Source: Octopus sinensis (Eukaryota). From it: DNA of 37,100 nucleotides. Location of the stretch: positions 1 to 37,100 of the forward strand of contig NW_021836869.1 of the NCBI RefSeq assembly GCF_006345805.1, in the 5' to 3' direction. Under the pieces are notes generated by a model that worked only from the letters and a program-made list of their open reading frames with translations, did no database searches and was not told where the DNA came from. Shown here one piece after another: positions 36,478 to 37,100 of the stretch (its first letter is position 1; each line of letters begins with the position of its first letter). The translations under genes and the position numbers were made by a program.

Positions 36478-36491
36478 TTATTATTTTTATT

Positions 36492-36531
<40 letters not shown>

Positions 36532-36567
36532 GTATTATTTTTATTATTATTATTGTTATTATTGTTA

Positions 36568-36625
<58 letters not shown>

Positions 36626-36770
36626 CATTATTATTGTTATTATTATTATTATTATCATTATTAATTTTTATTATTATTATTATTTTCATTATTATTATTT
36701 TTATTATTATTATTACTTTATTATTATTATTATTATTAGTAGTAGTATTGTTATTGTTGTTGTTGTTTTT
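36350..36770. repeat. (ATT)n microsatellite
   Basis: Directly visible. Confidence 0.95.
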
Positions 36771-36936
36771 TGCTTTTTCTTCTCTTCTTTTTCCATAGCC
36801 TACTCAGAAAAATTGCGTGGGTGTTTATGATATAAATTCACAGAGTTTATTTATGTATTTTCCTCATCTCCTTTCGGTTGCCTTGCGGCTTCCCTCTCAC
36901 CTCTCCTGACTTATATATTTATGTATATATATATAT

Positions 36937-37100
36937 ATGTGTATATGTATGTACGTATGTGTATATGTATGTACGTATGTGTATATGTATGTACGTATGT
37001 GTATATGTATGTACGTATGTGTATATGTATGTACGTATGTGTATATGTATGTACGTATGTGTATATGTATGTACGTATGTGTATATGTATGTATGTATGT
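36937..37100. repeat. 20-bp tandem repeat (GTATATGTATGTACGTATGT)n running to the window end
   Basis: About 8 near-perfect units. Confidence 0.95.

Overview
Eukaryotic, repeat-saturated non-coding DNA (intronic or intergenic), most likely from a coleoid cephalopod (Octopus-like SINE families; inference). I found no convincing host protein-coding gene. Almost all long ORFs are translations of (CAC/CAT/GAT/TA/TG/AAT)n simple repeats or SINEs. The real coding remnants are transposon fragments: CR1-like, RTE-like and R4/Dong-like LINEs, a Penelope-like (PLE) RT, a DD37D maT transposase and a mariner. There are also Helitron/Helentron-like elements, MITEs and roughly 30 SINE copies. The most interesting signal is a set of type I hammerhead ribozymes. 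One has a fully canonical core (12028-12087) and lies inside an inverted pLTR-like insertion that interrupts a PLE RT. A separate ~200-bp family sits in (TA)n tracts and carries a minimal, probably dimer-dependent hammerhead with covarying stems (22224-22258, 33038-33075, partial 33410-33431). Also seen: three short-range templated copies of local DNA, SINE multimers with a recurring tail-to-head junction, a (TAA)n-embedded 550-bp element, and unique islands dense in homeodomain-type motifs. Repeat boundaries were read by eye and are approximate.
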